Positions 54,570 through 64,000 of a stretch of DNA of 64,000 nt are shown here, in pieces. The DNA is from an uncultured Actinomycetota bacterium. Its GTDB lineage: Bacteria > Actinomycetota > Actinomycetes > JACCUZ01. Below the pieces are notes generated by a model. It did no database searches. It was not told where the DNA came from and saw only the letters and a list, made by a program, of their open reading frames with translations. Where the stretch lies: contig CAVOOW010000006.1 of assembly GCA_963697675.1 (NCBI GenBank), positions 1,203,518 to 1,267,517 on the forward strand. Direction: 5' to 3'. Every line of letters begins with the position of its first letter. Positions within the stretch are counted from its first letter, which is position 1. The position numbers and the translations under genes were made by a program.

Positions 54570-55871
54570 TCACGCGAGTTCGGCGGAGGAAGTCGTGGCC
54601 GGGCTGCGGGAAGCCCGGCCGAAGACCAGGGCGGTAATCGCATAGCCGCCGGCGACAACGGCGAAGACGGCCGGAGAGTTGCCGTCGGCGGGCAGGGCCA
54701 GCGCCCCGAAGGCCGCGGCTGAGACGAAGGACACGTTGAACAGCACGTCGTAGAAGGAGAACACGCGACCCCGGTAGGCGTCGTCGATCGACTCCTGCAC
54801 GATCGTGTCGACGCAGATCTTCGAGCCCTGTGCGGCGACGCCGACCACGAAGGCGCCGACGAGCAGCATCCATTCCTGTAGGGCCACGACGTAGACCGCC
54901 GACGCCGCAGCTGCGAACGCGAAGCAGGTCGTGATCCACGTCGTCTTGCGCACGCGATGGGTGATCTCAGGTGTGATCACGGCCGCGAGGAAGAAGCCGA
55001 GTCCTGATGCGGCGAACGCTGAGGCCAGTCCGGCGAGACCCGCGTCGACGTCGTCGGGGTCGTTGAAATAGCTGCGGAACAGCAGGATTCCCGAAATGGT
55101 CGAGATGCCGTAGAAGAAGCGGTGCGCGGCGATCGCCGCCAACGCCCGGCCTGCCGCTCGGTGCGTCCACACGTGGTGCGCCCCGTCGACCAACCCGCGG
55201 GCCACGCGACGTACCGCTTCTCGTGTTTGTGCCGGCTCGTCCGCGAGGTCGGGCCCCAGCAGGTCGCGGTCCATGCGAGCCGCAACCATGGCGGAGATGA
55301 CGTAGCCGAGCGCTGCGACGACGATCACCTGCGCGTCGGCCGCGCTGCCCTCGCCGAAGAGTTTCTTGAGGCCGAACCCGATGCCGGCGCCGCCGATCGC
55401 GACGATCGTGCCGCTCGTGGTCGACACGCTGTTGGCCATGACGAGCTCCGCGCGTACGACGACGTGCGGCAGGGCCGCGGACAGGCCGGCGAGGAAGAAC
55501 CGGTTGACCGACAGGCAGGCCAGGACTGCGACATAGAGGGTCGGGCCGGTGACCTGTGCCGCGACGAGCGCCCCGACGCCGAGCACCATCGCGGCGCGCA
55601 GCAGGTTGGAGAACACCAGAATCTGCCGGCGCCGCCATCGGTCGAGCAGGACTCCGGCGAACGGTCCGACCAGCGAATAGGGCAGCAGCAGTGTCGCGAA
55701 TGCGGCCGCCACACTGGTCGCGGAGGTCTGCTTCTCCGGCGAGAAGAAGAACAGGCTGGCGAGTGCCGCCTGGAAGGCGCCGTCGGCGGCTTGCGAGGTC
55801 AGCCGGGTGCCGTAGAGCCGTCGAAAGTCACGATGACGTACGACGGCGCGCAGGTCGCCGGCAAAAGACAC
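54570..55871 (-). CDS. MFS transporter
   Basis: 12-TM major-facilitator architecture; 433 aa. Confidence 0.8.
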   Translation of the reverse strand: MSFAGDLRAVVRHRDFRRLYGTRLTSQAADGAFQAALASLFFFSPEKQTSATSVAAAFATLLLPYSLVGPFAGVLLDRWRRRQILVFSNLLRAAMVLGVGALVAAQVTGPTLYVAVLACLSVNRFFLAGLSAALPHVVVRAELVMANSVSTTSGTIVAIGGAGIGFGLKKLFGEGSAADAQVIVVAALGYVISAMVAARMDRDLLGPDLADEPAQTREAVRRVARGLVDGAHHVWTHRAAGRALAAIAAHRFFYGISTISGILLFRSYFNDPDDVDAGLAGLASAFAASGLGFFLAAVITPEITHRVRKTTWITTCFAFAAAASAVYVVALQEWMLLVGAFVVGVAAQGSKICVDTIVQESIDDAYRGRVFSFYDVLFNVSFVSAAAFGALALPADGNSPAVFAVVAGGYAITALVFGRASRSPATTSSAELA

Positions 55872-55900
55872 CCCGCCAGGCTATGCGCCCTCCCCTGAGG

Positions 55901-55992
55901 GGAATCGACCACGTTCAGCAGGGCCGCGGACGGTTCGCAAGGCGTGCGGGCCTTGCGAACCGTCCGCCAGCATGCCGAACGTGGTCGATTCC
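55901..55992. repeat. 92-bp palindrome formed by two head-to-head copies (B, B') of the 40-bp repeat
   Basis: Left arm 55901-55943, centre GTGCGG, right arm 55950-55992. Lies between ino1 and the MFS gene. Confidence 0.8.
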
Positions 55993-56008
55993 GGAACCCG
56001 AGCTGGGG

Positions 56009-57088
56009 CTAGCGGTCGACCTCGCCGCGGATGAACTTCTCGACGAGGTCGCGCGCGGTGTCGTCGTCGTGCTGCTCGGGCGGGGACTTCATGAAGTAGG
56101 ACGACGCGGAGAGCAGCGGTCCGCCGATGCCGCGGTCCAGGGCGATCTTCGCGCACCGGATGGCGTCGATGATCACACCGGCCGAGTTGGGCGAGTCCCA
56201 GACCTCGAGCTTGTACTCGAGGTTCAGCGGCACGTCGCCGAAGTTGCGGCCCTCGAGCCGGACGTAGGCCCACTTGCGGTCGTCGAGCCACTGCACGTAG
56301 TCCGACGGTCCGATGTGTACGTTGCGCGCGCTGAGCTTGTTCTCCATGTTGGACGTGACGGCCTGGGTCTTCGAGATCTTCTTCGACTCGAGGCGGTCGC
56401 GCTCGAGCATGTTCTTGAAGTCCATGTTGCCGCCGACGTTGAGCTGGTAGGTCCGGTCGAGGATCACGCCCCGGTCCTCGAACAGCTTCGCCAGCACGCG
56501 GTGCGTGATGGTGGCGCCCACCTGCGACTTGATGTCGTCACCGACGATCGGAACGCCGGCGTCCTCGAACTTCTTCGCCCACGCGGGGGTTCCGGCGATG
56601 AAGACCGGGAGTGCGTTGACGAATCCCACGCCGGCGTCGATGGCGCACTGCGCGTAGAACCTCGCCGCGACCTCGGACCCCACTGGCAGGTAGCAGACCA
56701 GTACGTCGACCTGTGCGTCCCGCAGGACCTGAACGACGTCAACCGGCTCCTCGTCGGACTCGGTGATCGTCTCGCGGTAGTACTTGCCGAGCCCGTCGTG
56801 GGTGTGACCGCGCTTGACCGTGATGCCCGTGGGCGGCACGTCGGCGATCTTGATGGTGTTGTTCTCGCTCGCGAGGATTGCCTCCGCGAGGTCCTGGCCG
56901 ACCTTCTTGGCATCCACGTCGAAGGCGGCGACGAACTTCACATCGCTGACGTGGTAGTCGCCGAACTGCACGTGCATGAGGCCGGGCACGCGGCCCTGCG
57001 GGTCGGCATCCTTGTAGTACTCGACGCCCTGAACCAGCGACGCGGCGCAGTTGCCTACGCCGACAATGGCCACTCGAACGGAACCCAT
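56009..57088 (-). CDS. ino1: inositol-3-phosphate synthase
   Basis: [29 protein letters not shown]-binding N-terminus; 359 aa. Confidence 0.9.
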   Translation of the reverse strand: MGSVRVAIVGVGNCAASLVQGVEYYKDADPQGRVPGLMHVQFGDYHVSDVKFVAAFDVDAKKVGQDLAEAILASENNTIKIADVPPTGITVKRGHTHDGLGKYYRETITESDEEPVDVVQVLRDAQVDVLVCYLPVGSEVAARFYAQCAIDAGVGFVNALPVFIAGTPAWAKKFEDAGVPIVGDDIKSQVGATITHRVLAKLFEDRGVILDRTYQLNVGGNMDFKNMLERDRLESKKISKTQAVTSNMENKLSARNVHIGPSDYVQWLDDRKWAYVRLEGRNFGDVPLNLEYKLEVWDSPNSAGVIIDAIRCAKIALDRGIGGPLLSASSYFMKSPPEQHDDDTARDLVEKFIRGEVDR

Positions 57089-57136
57089 GCGTTGCTCCTT
57101 TGATCTGACTCGGTTGTTGATCGTGCTCGGGCGAAG

Positions 57137-57718
57137 CTAGGTAGTGCGGTCTGCGGGGTGCTCGATGGTGCTGGTGTCCTGGCGCTCGCTCTCGATGAGC
57201 TCGTTGAGCCACCGGACCTCACGCTCGACGGACTCGAGCCCGTGGCGCTGCAGCTCGAGGGTGTAGCTGTCGACGCGCTCCCGGGTTCGCGCCAGCGCCG
57301 AGCGGAACCCGTCGATGCGCTCCTCGAGACGCGACCGGCGCCCTTCGAGAATGCGCATCCGGGTGGCCGCGTCGGTGCGGGCGAAGAAAGCGAAGTGCAC
57401 GCCGAAACCGTCGTCCTCCCAGGAGGACGGGCCGCTCTCGGCGACGAGCTCCTGGAACCTTTCCTTACCCTCGGCTGTGAGCCGGTAGACGATGCGCGAC
57501 CGTTTTCCTGCCAGCGGCGCGGCAGCCCCGGCGACCTCCTCGGCGATCCAGCCCGCCTGCAGCAGGGTCTTCAGGCACGGGTAGAGCGATCCGTAGGAGA
57601 AGGCACGGAACGATCCGAGGACCGCGTTGCAGCGCTTGCGCAGCTCGTATCCATGCATCGGGCTCTCGTGCAGGATGCCGAGGACGGCGAACTCCAGAAC
57701 GACTGGCCGCTTGGCCAT
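57137..57718 (-). CDS. PadR-family transcriptional regulator
   Basis: Winged HTH (HGYELRKRCNAVLGSFRAFSYGSLYPCLKTL). Confidence 0.85.
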   Translation of the reverse strand: MAKRPVVLEFAVLGILHESPMHGYELRKRCNAVLGSFRAFSYGSLYPCLKTLLQAGWIAEEVAGAAAPLAGKRSRIVYRLTAEGKERFQELVAESGPSSWEDDGFGVHFAFFARTDAATRMRILEGRRSRLEERIDGFRSALARTRERVDSYTLELQRHGLESVEREVRWLNELIESERQDTSTIEHPADRTT

Positions 57719-57744
57719 CCGCCCTCCCTCCAGAGTTCACCCGA

Positions 57745-57774
57745 TATATCGAGTCGATACATCGAGACGATATG
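57745..57774. promoter_or_regulatory. tandem AT-rich palindromes TATCGAGTCGATA / CATCGAGACGATA in the PadR divergent promoter (operator candidate)
   Basis: Inverted-repeat half sites TATCGA/TCGATA read from sequence; an AT-rich island in a GC-rich intergenic region. Confidence 0.4.
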
Positions 57775-57910
57775 CAGAGATCGGCCGATCGGCAAGTCGA
57801 AGCGCGAAATCGCTCGCCGGTGCCGGCGGCGGTCCTGGTCGTCCACGGGCGGGGAATCTTCCGTCAGCAACAGCAAACGGCGGCGGCCCACGTCGCCGTA
57901 CGCTTGACGG

Positions 57911-58324
57911 GTGTGGTCCCAGCGGGCGGTGATCGACTACTCCCTGGCGCGGCGGGCGACGCTCACCGAGCTGTTCACGCGTGGGGTGACCTCCCTGGAC
58001 GACGCGTGCGACGCCCACCCCTACCTGCTGCGGGCGGCGCGCTTCTACGGGGAGCCGACCCGCCAACCGTGCCCGGTCTGCCGGCGCGTGAACCTGACCC
58101 ATGTGACCTACGTCTACGGCGACGAGCTCGGCCAGTACTCGGGACGCATCAAGTCGACCACGGAGCTCGAGGCGATGGCCCGCGAGCACGGGGAGTTCAA
58201 GGTCTATGTCGTCGAGGTCTGCCAGGAATGTTCATGGAACCACCTGGCCCTCTCCTACGTCCTCGGTGATGGGACCCCGCGCAAACCGCCACGTCGGCGG
58301 CACACCGTGGAGGACGACGACTAG
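57911..58324 (+). CDS. conserved hypothetical protein (Rv0049-like)
   Basis: 137 aa; CPVCRR...CQEC putative Cys4 pattern; conserved position between PadR and the PBP. Confidence 0.5.
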   Translation: MWSQRAVIDYSLARRATLTELFTRGVTSLDDACDAHPYLLRAARFYGEPTRQPCPVCRRVNLTHVTYVYGDELGQYSGRIKSTTELEAMAREHGEFKVYVVEVCQECSWNHLALSYVLGDGTPRKPPRRRHTVEDDD

Positions 58325-58461
58325 GCCAGATCGGGACGCCGAGGCAGGAGTTGGACGATCGCAACGATGGAAGCCGACTGAGCAGGCGCTTGGGAGGGTA
58401 GGTCTCCGGTCGCCGTTAGGCTGGGCAGTCGCCCGCGCCCTACCCGCCGCGAGACCACGAC

Positions 58462-60621
58462 GTGAAACCCGCCGACTGGGGCAGCACCAGCTTCAGTGAT
58501 CCCCACGACCGGACGAGGACAGTGAGAGTCGACTACCCACGCCAGGCACACGACGGCTTCCGTCGCTTCATCCCCTCCTTCCGGCAGCTGCTCGCGCTCG
58601 GACTGATCGGCTTCCTCATGCTGGTGGCGGCCTTCAGCGTCGCTTACGCCAAGACGAGCATCCCCACCCCGAACGAGATGGTCAGCGCGCAGACGACGGT
58701 CGTCTACTTCCACGACGGCAAGCATGAGATCGGGCGGTTCGGCAGCCAGAACCGGATCAACGTCAACCTCGACCAGGTGCCCGACTTCGTGCAGAAGGAG
58801 GTGATCGCGGCCGAGGACCGGTCGTTCTACCGGAACAAGGGGATCTCGCCGACGGGCATCGCCCGAGCGTTCTGGAACAACCTTCGGACCGGCTCGACCC
58901 AGGGCGGGTCGACGATCACCCAGCAGTACGCGAAGAACGCGTACCTGTCGCAGGAACGCACGTACACCCGCAAGCTGAAAGAGTTCTTCATCGCCGTCAA
59001 GCTCGCCCGGCGCGATGACAAGGACAAGATCCTGCAGGACTATCTCAACACGATCTACTTCGGCCGCGGCGCCTACGGCATCCAGACGGCCTCGCAGGCC
59101 TACTTCGGCAAGGACGTCAGCCAGCTCACCATCGCCGAGGGTGCCGTGCTGGCCTCCGTGATCCGGTCCCCGGCCGGCTACGACCCCGTCGCGCATGCCG
59201 ACCGGCTGGAAGGCCGGTTCAACTACGTGCTGGACGGCATGGTCAGTGAGAAGTGGCTCTCCCCGACGCAGCGCGAGGGCCTCCAGGTGCCTCCGACGGT
59301 GGCGAAGGGCAAGCCCAAGGGCGGCACCAACTACTTCCTCATGGACACGGTCCGCAAGGAGCTCAAAGCGAAGGGGTTCACCGACGCCGAGATCGACCTC
59401 GGTGGCTTCAAGGTGATCACGACGTTCGACAAGCGCTCGCAGACGGCGGCCGTGAAAGCGGTGCGCCAGGAGCGCCCGACGATCAAGGCGAAGGGCGTGC
59501 ACATCGGTCTGTCGGCGGTGGAGGCAGGCACGGGCCGGGTCATCGCGATGTACGGGGGTGAGACCGCGGGCAATCTCAACGAAGCGACTCAGGCTCGCAT
59601 CCAACCGGGCTCGGCCTTCAAGGCGTTCGCGCTCTCGGGGGCGCTCCAGGACGACATCAGTCTCAAGAGCCGGTTCCAGGGCACCAGCCCCTACAAGGTC
59701 CCGGGGACGGACGCTGAGGTCAACAACGAGTTCAATCAGTCGTACGGCGCGAACGTCGACCTCGTCAAGGCAACCGAGGACTCCATCAACACGGCCTACG
59801 TCGACCTGGCGGTGCAGATGGGACCGCAGAAGGTCGTCGACGCGGCTATCGCCGCGGGCATTCCCGAGGACACGCCGGGGCTGAACGCCAACCCGGTCGT
59901 ACCCCTCGGGACGGCCTCGGTGCACAACATCGACATGGCCAGCGCCTACTGCACCATCGCGGCGCAGGGCCAGCAGTCGGCATGGCACACGGTCGACGAG
60001 GTGAAGACGCCGAACGGCGGCACGCGTTACAAGGCAGCGCCGAAGAAGACACGCGTCTTCCCGAAGGACGTCATGGCCGACGCGACCTATGCGTTGCAGC
60101 AAGTCGTGCGCAGTGGCACCGGCACGGAGGCGGAGAAGCTCGGCCGACCGGCGGCAGGCAAGACCGGCACCGCGGCGCTGCGACCCGACACGACGACCTC
60201 GGCCTGGTTCGTCGGCTTCACCCCGCAGCTGTGCGCAGCGGTCGACTTCTACAAGGGCACCGGCAGGGCCGACCTCGACGGCGTCGGCGGGTTGCCGACG
60301 TTCTTCGGCGGTGAATACCCGGCGCGCATCTGGACGGCGTTCATGACCGCGGCGATGGAGGGCAAGAAGGTCGAGGACTTCCCGCCGCGCGCCGACGTCG
60401 GCCAGACACTGAACCCGAAGCCGACCAAGAAACCGACTCCCACGCCGACACCGACGACGCCGACACCGACGCCGACGCCGACGACGACCACGCCGACACC
60501 GAGCGAGTCGCCGACGTTGACTCCGTCGACTCCGAGCCCGTCCGACACGCTCACCGTGTCGCCGTTGGGTCAGGATGCGTCACCAGGTCGTCCTGCACAC
60601 AGCAGCGACGGCGAGCCATAG
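58462..60621 (+). CDS. ponA: class A penicillin-binding protein (transglycosylase/transpeptidase) with Pro/Thr-rich C-terminal tail
   Basis: GT51 motifs (EDRSFYRNKGIS, RKLKEF), transpeptidase SxxK/KTG (GKTGTA), and a PT-repeat linker at 60400-60560. Confidence 0.85.
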   Translation: MKPADWGSTSFSDPHDRTRTVRVDYPRQAHDGFRRFIPSFRQLLALGLIGFLMLVAAFSVAYAKTSIPTPNEMVSAQTTVVYFHDGKHEIGRFGSQNRINVNLDQVPDFVQKEVIAAEDRSFYRNKGISPTGIARAFWNNLRTGSTQGGSTITQQYAKNAYLSQERTYTRKLKEFFIAVKLARRDDKDKILQDYLNTIYFGRGAYGIQTASQAYFGKDVSQLTIAEGAVLASVIRSPAGYDPVAHADRLEGRFNYVLDGMVSEKWLSPTQREGLQVPPTVAKGKPKGGTNYFLMDTVRKELKAKGFTDAEIDLGGFKVITTFDKRSQTAAVKAVRQERPTIKAKGVHIGLSAVEAGTGRVIAMYGGETAGNLNEATQARIQPGSAFKAFALSGALQDDISLKSRFQGTSPYKVPGTDAEVNNEFNQSYGANVDLVKATEDSINTAYVDLAVQMGPQKVVDAAIAAGIPEDTPGLNANPVVPLGTASVHNIDMASAYCTIAAQGQQSAWHTVDEVKTPNGGTRYKAAPKKTRVFPKDVMADATYALQQVVRSGTGTEAEKLGRPAAGKTGTAALRPDTTTSAWFVGFTPQLCAAVDFYKGTGRADLDGVGGLPTFFGGEYPARIWTAFMTAAMEGKKVEDFPPRADVGQTLNPKPTKKPTPTPTPTTPTPTPTPTTTTPTPSESPTLTPSTPSPSDTLTVSPLGQDASPGRPAHSSDGEP

Positions 60622-62016
60622 TGCCCGACAGGATGGACGCCGTCGCCCCTTCGCGCGACGACGACCTCGTACGCCTCGGTAGCGAGGTGATCGGCGGCCC
60701 ACTCGGTCACCACGCCCGCACCGACTTGCATCGGTGGTGGACGCCGATGCGAGTCGTGCTCGTCCTGGTCTTCGCAGTGAGTGCCCTCGGTGTCATCAGC
60801 AAGCAGCCGTGCCGGGCCGACGGCTGGACCGCTCCCGCGCAGTACACGCACGCGTGCTACAGCGACATACCGGCGCTCTACTTCGCGCGCGGGCTTGCGG
60901 ATGGTCAGTTCCCCTACATCGACCAGCCGCGTGCGGAGCAGGTCGAGTATCCCGTGCTGACCGGGCTCGCGATGTGGATGACGGCGAAGCTGGTGCCGTC
61001 CCACGACAGCCCGACGAAGCGCGCGCGCTGGTACTTCGACCTCAACGTGATCGCCCTCGCGGTGGCGCGCCGCGGTGGCCGCCGCGGCAACGCTGCGCAC
61101 CGCCGGGCGGCGCCCGTGGGATGCGGCGCTGTTCGCGGGCGCGCCGATGCTCGCGCTGACCGGCACGATCAACTGGGACCTGTACGCCGTCGCGCTGCTC
61201 GCCCTGGGGATGCTGGCGTGGTCGCGCGAACGGTCCTTGGCCGCGGGTGTCCTGATCGGTCTCGCCGCGGCCGCGAAGTTCTATCCGCTGTTCATCCTCG
61301 GACCGTTGCTCGTGCTCTGCCTGCGTGCGGGGAAGATGCGCGAGTTCTACGTCGCGCTCGGCGGCGCGGTGGTCGCGTGGCTGGCGGTCAACCTGCCCTT
61401 CATGCTGGCCGACTTCGACGGTTGGTCGCGCTTCTACGTGCTGAGCCGGGAGCGAGGCGTCGGCTTCAGCTCGATCTGGTTCGTGCTGAGCCAGCAGGGC
61501 TACACGCTGTCGGAGTCGCGTCTCAATCTGGTGGCCGGAAGTCTGTTCGTGCTGGCCTGCGCGGTGATCGCGGCACTGGCCCTGCGGGCGCCGCGGCGCC
61601 CGCGACTGCCGCAGCTCGTGCTGCTGGTCGTGGCCGCATTCCTGTTGACCAACAAGGTCTATTCACCGCAGTACTTGCTGTGGCTCATCCCGCTCGCCGC
61701 CCTGGCGCGACCGCGATGGCGCGACCTGCTGATCTGGCAGGCCGGCGAGGCGATCCACTTCGTCGGCATCTGGATGCTGATCGCGGGCTACCCGCCAGGC
61801 AACGCGAATCGCGCGCTGGGTGAGGACGGCTATGACGTCACCGTTCTCGCGCACATCGCGGGGACTGTGTGGCTGATGGCCATGGTCGTGCGCGACATCC
61901 TCCGCCCCGAGAACGACCCCGTACGCCTCGATGGCTCCGACGACCCCGCCGGTGGTGTCCTCGACCACGCCCCCGACGCCTTCCCCGCCGCGAGCCGATC
62001 CCCGGCCGTCAGTTGA
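60621..62016 (+). CDS. DUF2029/GT87-like polytopic membrane protein (Rv0051-like), apparent frameshift near 61070-61100
   Basis: The N-terminal 150 aa lie in the frame of ORF 60621; the remainder (MLALTGTINWDLYAVALLALG...) lies in the frame of ORF 61075. The junction is in the GC-rich stretch gcggtggcgcgccgcggtggccgccgcgg. Confidence 0.6.
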
Positions 62017-63322
62017 CCACGTTTGGTAGGCGGGGCGTCGCGTCAGCAGGCATGCACGCCTGCTGAGCGCGACAGTTCGCCTCGTGAGGCGGTTCGCGGT
62101 TCGTGCGGCCACCGGGTTTCCACAGCCGCCGTCATGTGGGCGACGGGCAGGTGGCCTGTGTACAGCCGAGTTCGGTGCCTTCGTACGCGGCACCCTCGTC
62201 CAGGTGGACGTCACCCAGGAACTGGATATCACCCAGGCTCTCGCCGGTCTGGCACCCGGCCTTGCCGCGCATGCCGCGACGCAACGCGGCGTGTTCACTG
62301 GCGACCAAGCCCGTGACGCGCACTACAGCGACGGTGAGATACAGCGGCTGCGCCGGTCCAAGCGACGACCCGAGCAGTGGCTCTCGATCCGGCGCGGCGT
62401 CTACGTCGTCAAGCAGTGGTACGACGGGTTGCGCGCCCTTGGAACAACACCGGGTGAAGCTTGCTGCATTGGCGCTGGTGCTGACCGAGCCTGCGGTGCA
62501 GAGTCACGTCTCGGCCGCGGTCGAGCTCGGACTCGAGATGCTCGAGCCTGACCTGTCGCGAACTCCATGTCACCAGGGCAGAGCTGAAGGGCTCGCGACA
62601 CGAAGCCGGGGTCCATCACCACGCCGGCGGAGCTGCCTGTGGGCGATGTGCTCCAGACGTACGGACGGGTCAGTGTCACGGGAGCCGCGCGTACCGCCGT
62701 CGACATCGCACGCGAGAGCGAACGTCTCGAGCAAGGTGTTGCCGTGTGTGACTCCGCCCTGCGCGGTGGTGTCACGCGGGAGGAGCTCACCGAGGTCATG
62801 ACGCGGTGTCGCAGTTGGCCGGGTGCGCGGCTGGCCTCACGTGCGGTGTCGATGGCCGACGGTCGAGCGGACAACCCCGGCGAGTCGTGGTCGCGCGTCA
62901 TCCTCGTGGCGAACGGGCACGCACCGACCGATCTTCAGCGCGAGTTCTTCGACGACCGCGGGCGTGCCGGCATCGGTGACTTCTTCTGGGAAGAGGAGAT
63001 GGTCGTCGGCGAGTTCGACGGGAAGCTGAAGTACGCCGTTGCGGAAGGTGCCACAGCCGACGAGGCGGCGCGCGCCATCATCGCGGAGAAGCGTCGCGAG
63101 GATCGGCTGCGGGCAATGGGGCTGGAGTTCGTGCGCTGGGGTTTCGGCGAGCTCTACCGGCCGCGACTGTTCGTGGCCAAGGTCGCTGCCGCCACGTGCG
63201 CGCGGTGCGGCCCGGTGGCGTTGAGCTAGTCGGAGAGTCGACCACTTCAGCAGGCGAACGGTCGCCTCAACAGGCGTGCACGCCTATTGGCGCGACGCCC
63301 CGCCTACCAAACGTGGTCAACT
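62011..63322. mobile_element. REP13E12-like ~1.3-kb unit with ~75-bp imperfect terminal inverted repeats (outer 32 bp identical)
   Basis: Left end AGTTGACCACGTTTGGTAGGCGGGGCGTCGCG at 62011-62042; its exact reverse complement ends at 63322. The inner arms stay ~75% similar (CAGCAGGCATGCACGCCTGCTG core). Confidence 0.6.
62084..63229 (+). pseudogene. DUF559 endonuclease-like protein, frameshifted
   Basis: N-terminal AbiEi-like region (RGVFTGDQARDAHYSDGEIQRLRRS...RRGVYVV) in one frame; DUF559 C-terminus (GDFFWEEEMVVGEFDGKLKY...RLRAMGLEFVRW) in another. Confidence 0.55.
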
Positions 63323-63356
63323 GCGGGGCGGTGCGGGGCGGCGGCGGCGGCGCGGG

Positions 63357-63908
63357 CTAGCGGGCGGTGATGCGGTCGGGGCGCAGGGTGGTCATCCGGA
63401 CCTCGCAGCAGAGCTCGTCGCCGATGGCGGGTGGGCGCACCGTCGTCGGCATCAGCAGCAGCGACACCTGCATGTGCGGTGGTTCGGCGAACCAGCGCGC
63501 GCGACCGGCCCAGCGGAACGGCGAGAGCGACCGGTTGGCCGCGGCCAGCGATCCGACGGCGAGCTCCTTGGCGCGGCCGACCGGCCCGCGCACGGTTCGC
63601 GGCGCCTCGAGAGCAACCCCGTGCGCCGTACCCCCGCTGACCACCACGAGCCAGCTGTCCCGAAGCGCCTTCCGCTGCCGGTAGCCGTACCGCGTCCCCG
63701 CGGCCAGCCGGTGCACGTCGAGCACTGTGCCGCGGGCGGTGAACGCGCTTCGGTCGCCCAGCCACAGCGAGGTCCCGACCCGCGGCCGGAACATGGTCGT
63801 CGGGAATGCCGCGCGCAGCTCGGCCAGCTCGGTCGCCGTCAGGTGGCTGACCCACGCGACGTCGGTCGGCAGGCCCGCGGCCGTCAGGCGGCGCAACCAG
63901 TCGCCCAC
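63357..63908 (-). CDS. hypothetical protein
   Basis: 183-aa ORF with coding-like GC3; no recognisable motif. Confidence 0.35.
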   Translation of the reverse strand: MGDWLRRLTAAGLPTDVAWVSHLTATELAELRAAFPTTMFRPRVGTSLWLGDRSAFTARGTVLDVHRLAAGTRYGYRQRKALRDSWLVVVSGGTAHGVALEAPRTVRGPVGRAKELAVGSLAAANRSLSPFRWAGRARWFAEPPHMQVSLLLMPTTVRPPAIGDELCCEVRMTTLRPDRITAR

Positions 63909-64000
63909 CTCGCTGGCGGGGTCGCAGCCGCCGTGCCGGTCGATCGGCAGGTGGAAGGCGAAACCCTCCAGCCGTACGCCGTTCAGCAGCTCGCGTACGT

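Noticed and set aside
54451-56009. Reading the cca/ino1 adjacency as a genome rearrangement
   Set aside because: The pcnA-ino1-padR-PBP order matches the Streptomyces-type arrangement as I recall it, so the order is ancestral for this lineage. Only the MFS gene with its flanking repeats looks locally inserted.

Overview
This is a high-GC (~70%) actinobacterial chromosomal origin region with a Streptomyces-like gene order, joined on its left to a variable accessory island. All gene identities come from reading the six-frame translations and raw sequence; nothing was searched against a database.

Conserved core, 22.2-64 kb: tRNA-Ala and tRNA-Ile with a DLW-39 small protein between them, DUF3566, gyrA, gyrB, DUF721, recF, gnd-like, dnaN, a dnaA-dnaN intergenic oriC candidate, dnaA, rpmH, rnpA, yidD, yidC, jag, rsmG, parA, parB, GNAT-like, cwlM-like amidase, trxA, trxB, anti-sigma/ECF sigma (SigM-like), Ser/Thr kinase, murJ, a large membrane-anchored protein, NUDIX, CCA-adding enzyme, MFS transporter, ino1, PadR, class A PBP, and a DUF2029 membrane protein. 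Three perfect parS palindromes lie inside rsmG and parA.

Accessory island, 1-22.1 kb: a LuxR-family C-terminal fragment and a selenocysteine-incorporation locus (selD, selA, tRNA-Sec with a UCA anticodon, selB). Convergent with selB is a Tat-signal secreted protein of unknown family with an in-frame TGA, followed 12 nt later by a 7-bp GC hairpin. I read this as a candidate uncharacterised selenoprotein. The island also holds an ACAD / PhnD-like / DUF2249-ferritin-like diiron / rhodanese operon, and a five-gene operon of hypothetical, DUF4331-like, DyP peroxidase, enoyl-CoA hydratase and sulfite-oxidase-like Mo enzyme. A secreted phosphoesterase is also present, along with several frameshifted genes (selA, Zn-ADH, cyclophilin-like, XRE regulator, LLM oxidoreductase).

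Repeat and mobile-element signatures:
- A REP13E12-like 1.3-kb unit with ~75-bp terminal inverted repeats carries a frameshifted DUF559 gene.
- A ~40-bp repeat family brackets the MFS transporter gene.
- 65-bp imperfect direct repeats that include the last 11 nt of tRNA-Ala bracket a 3.1-kb segment.
- A 33-bp tandem hairpin repeat sits at the dnaA 3' end.

No CRISPR array or rRNA was seen.
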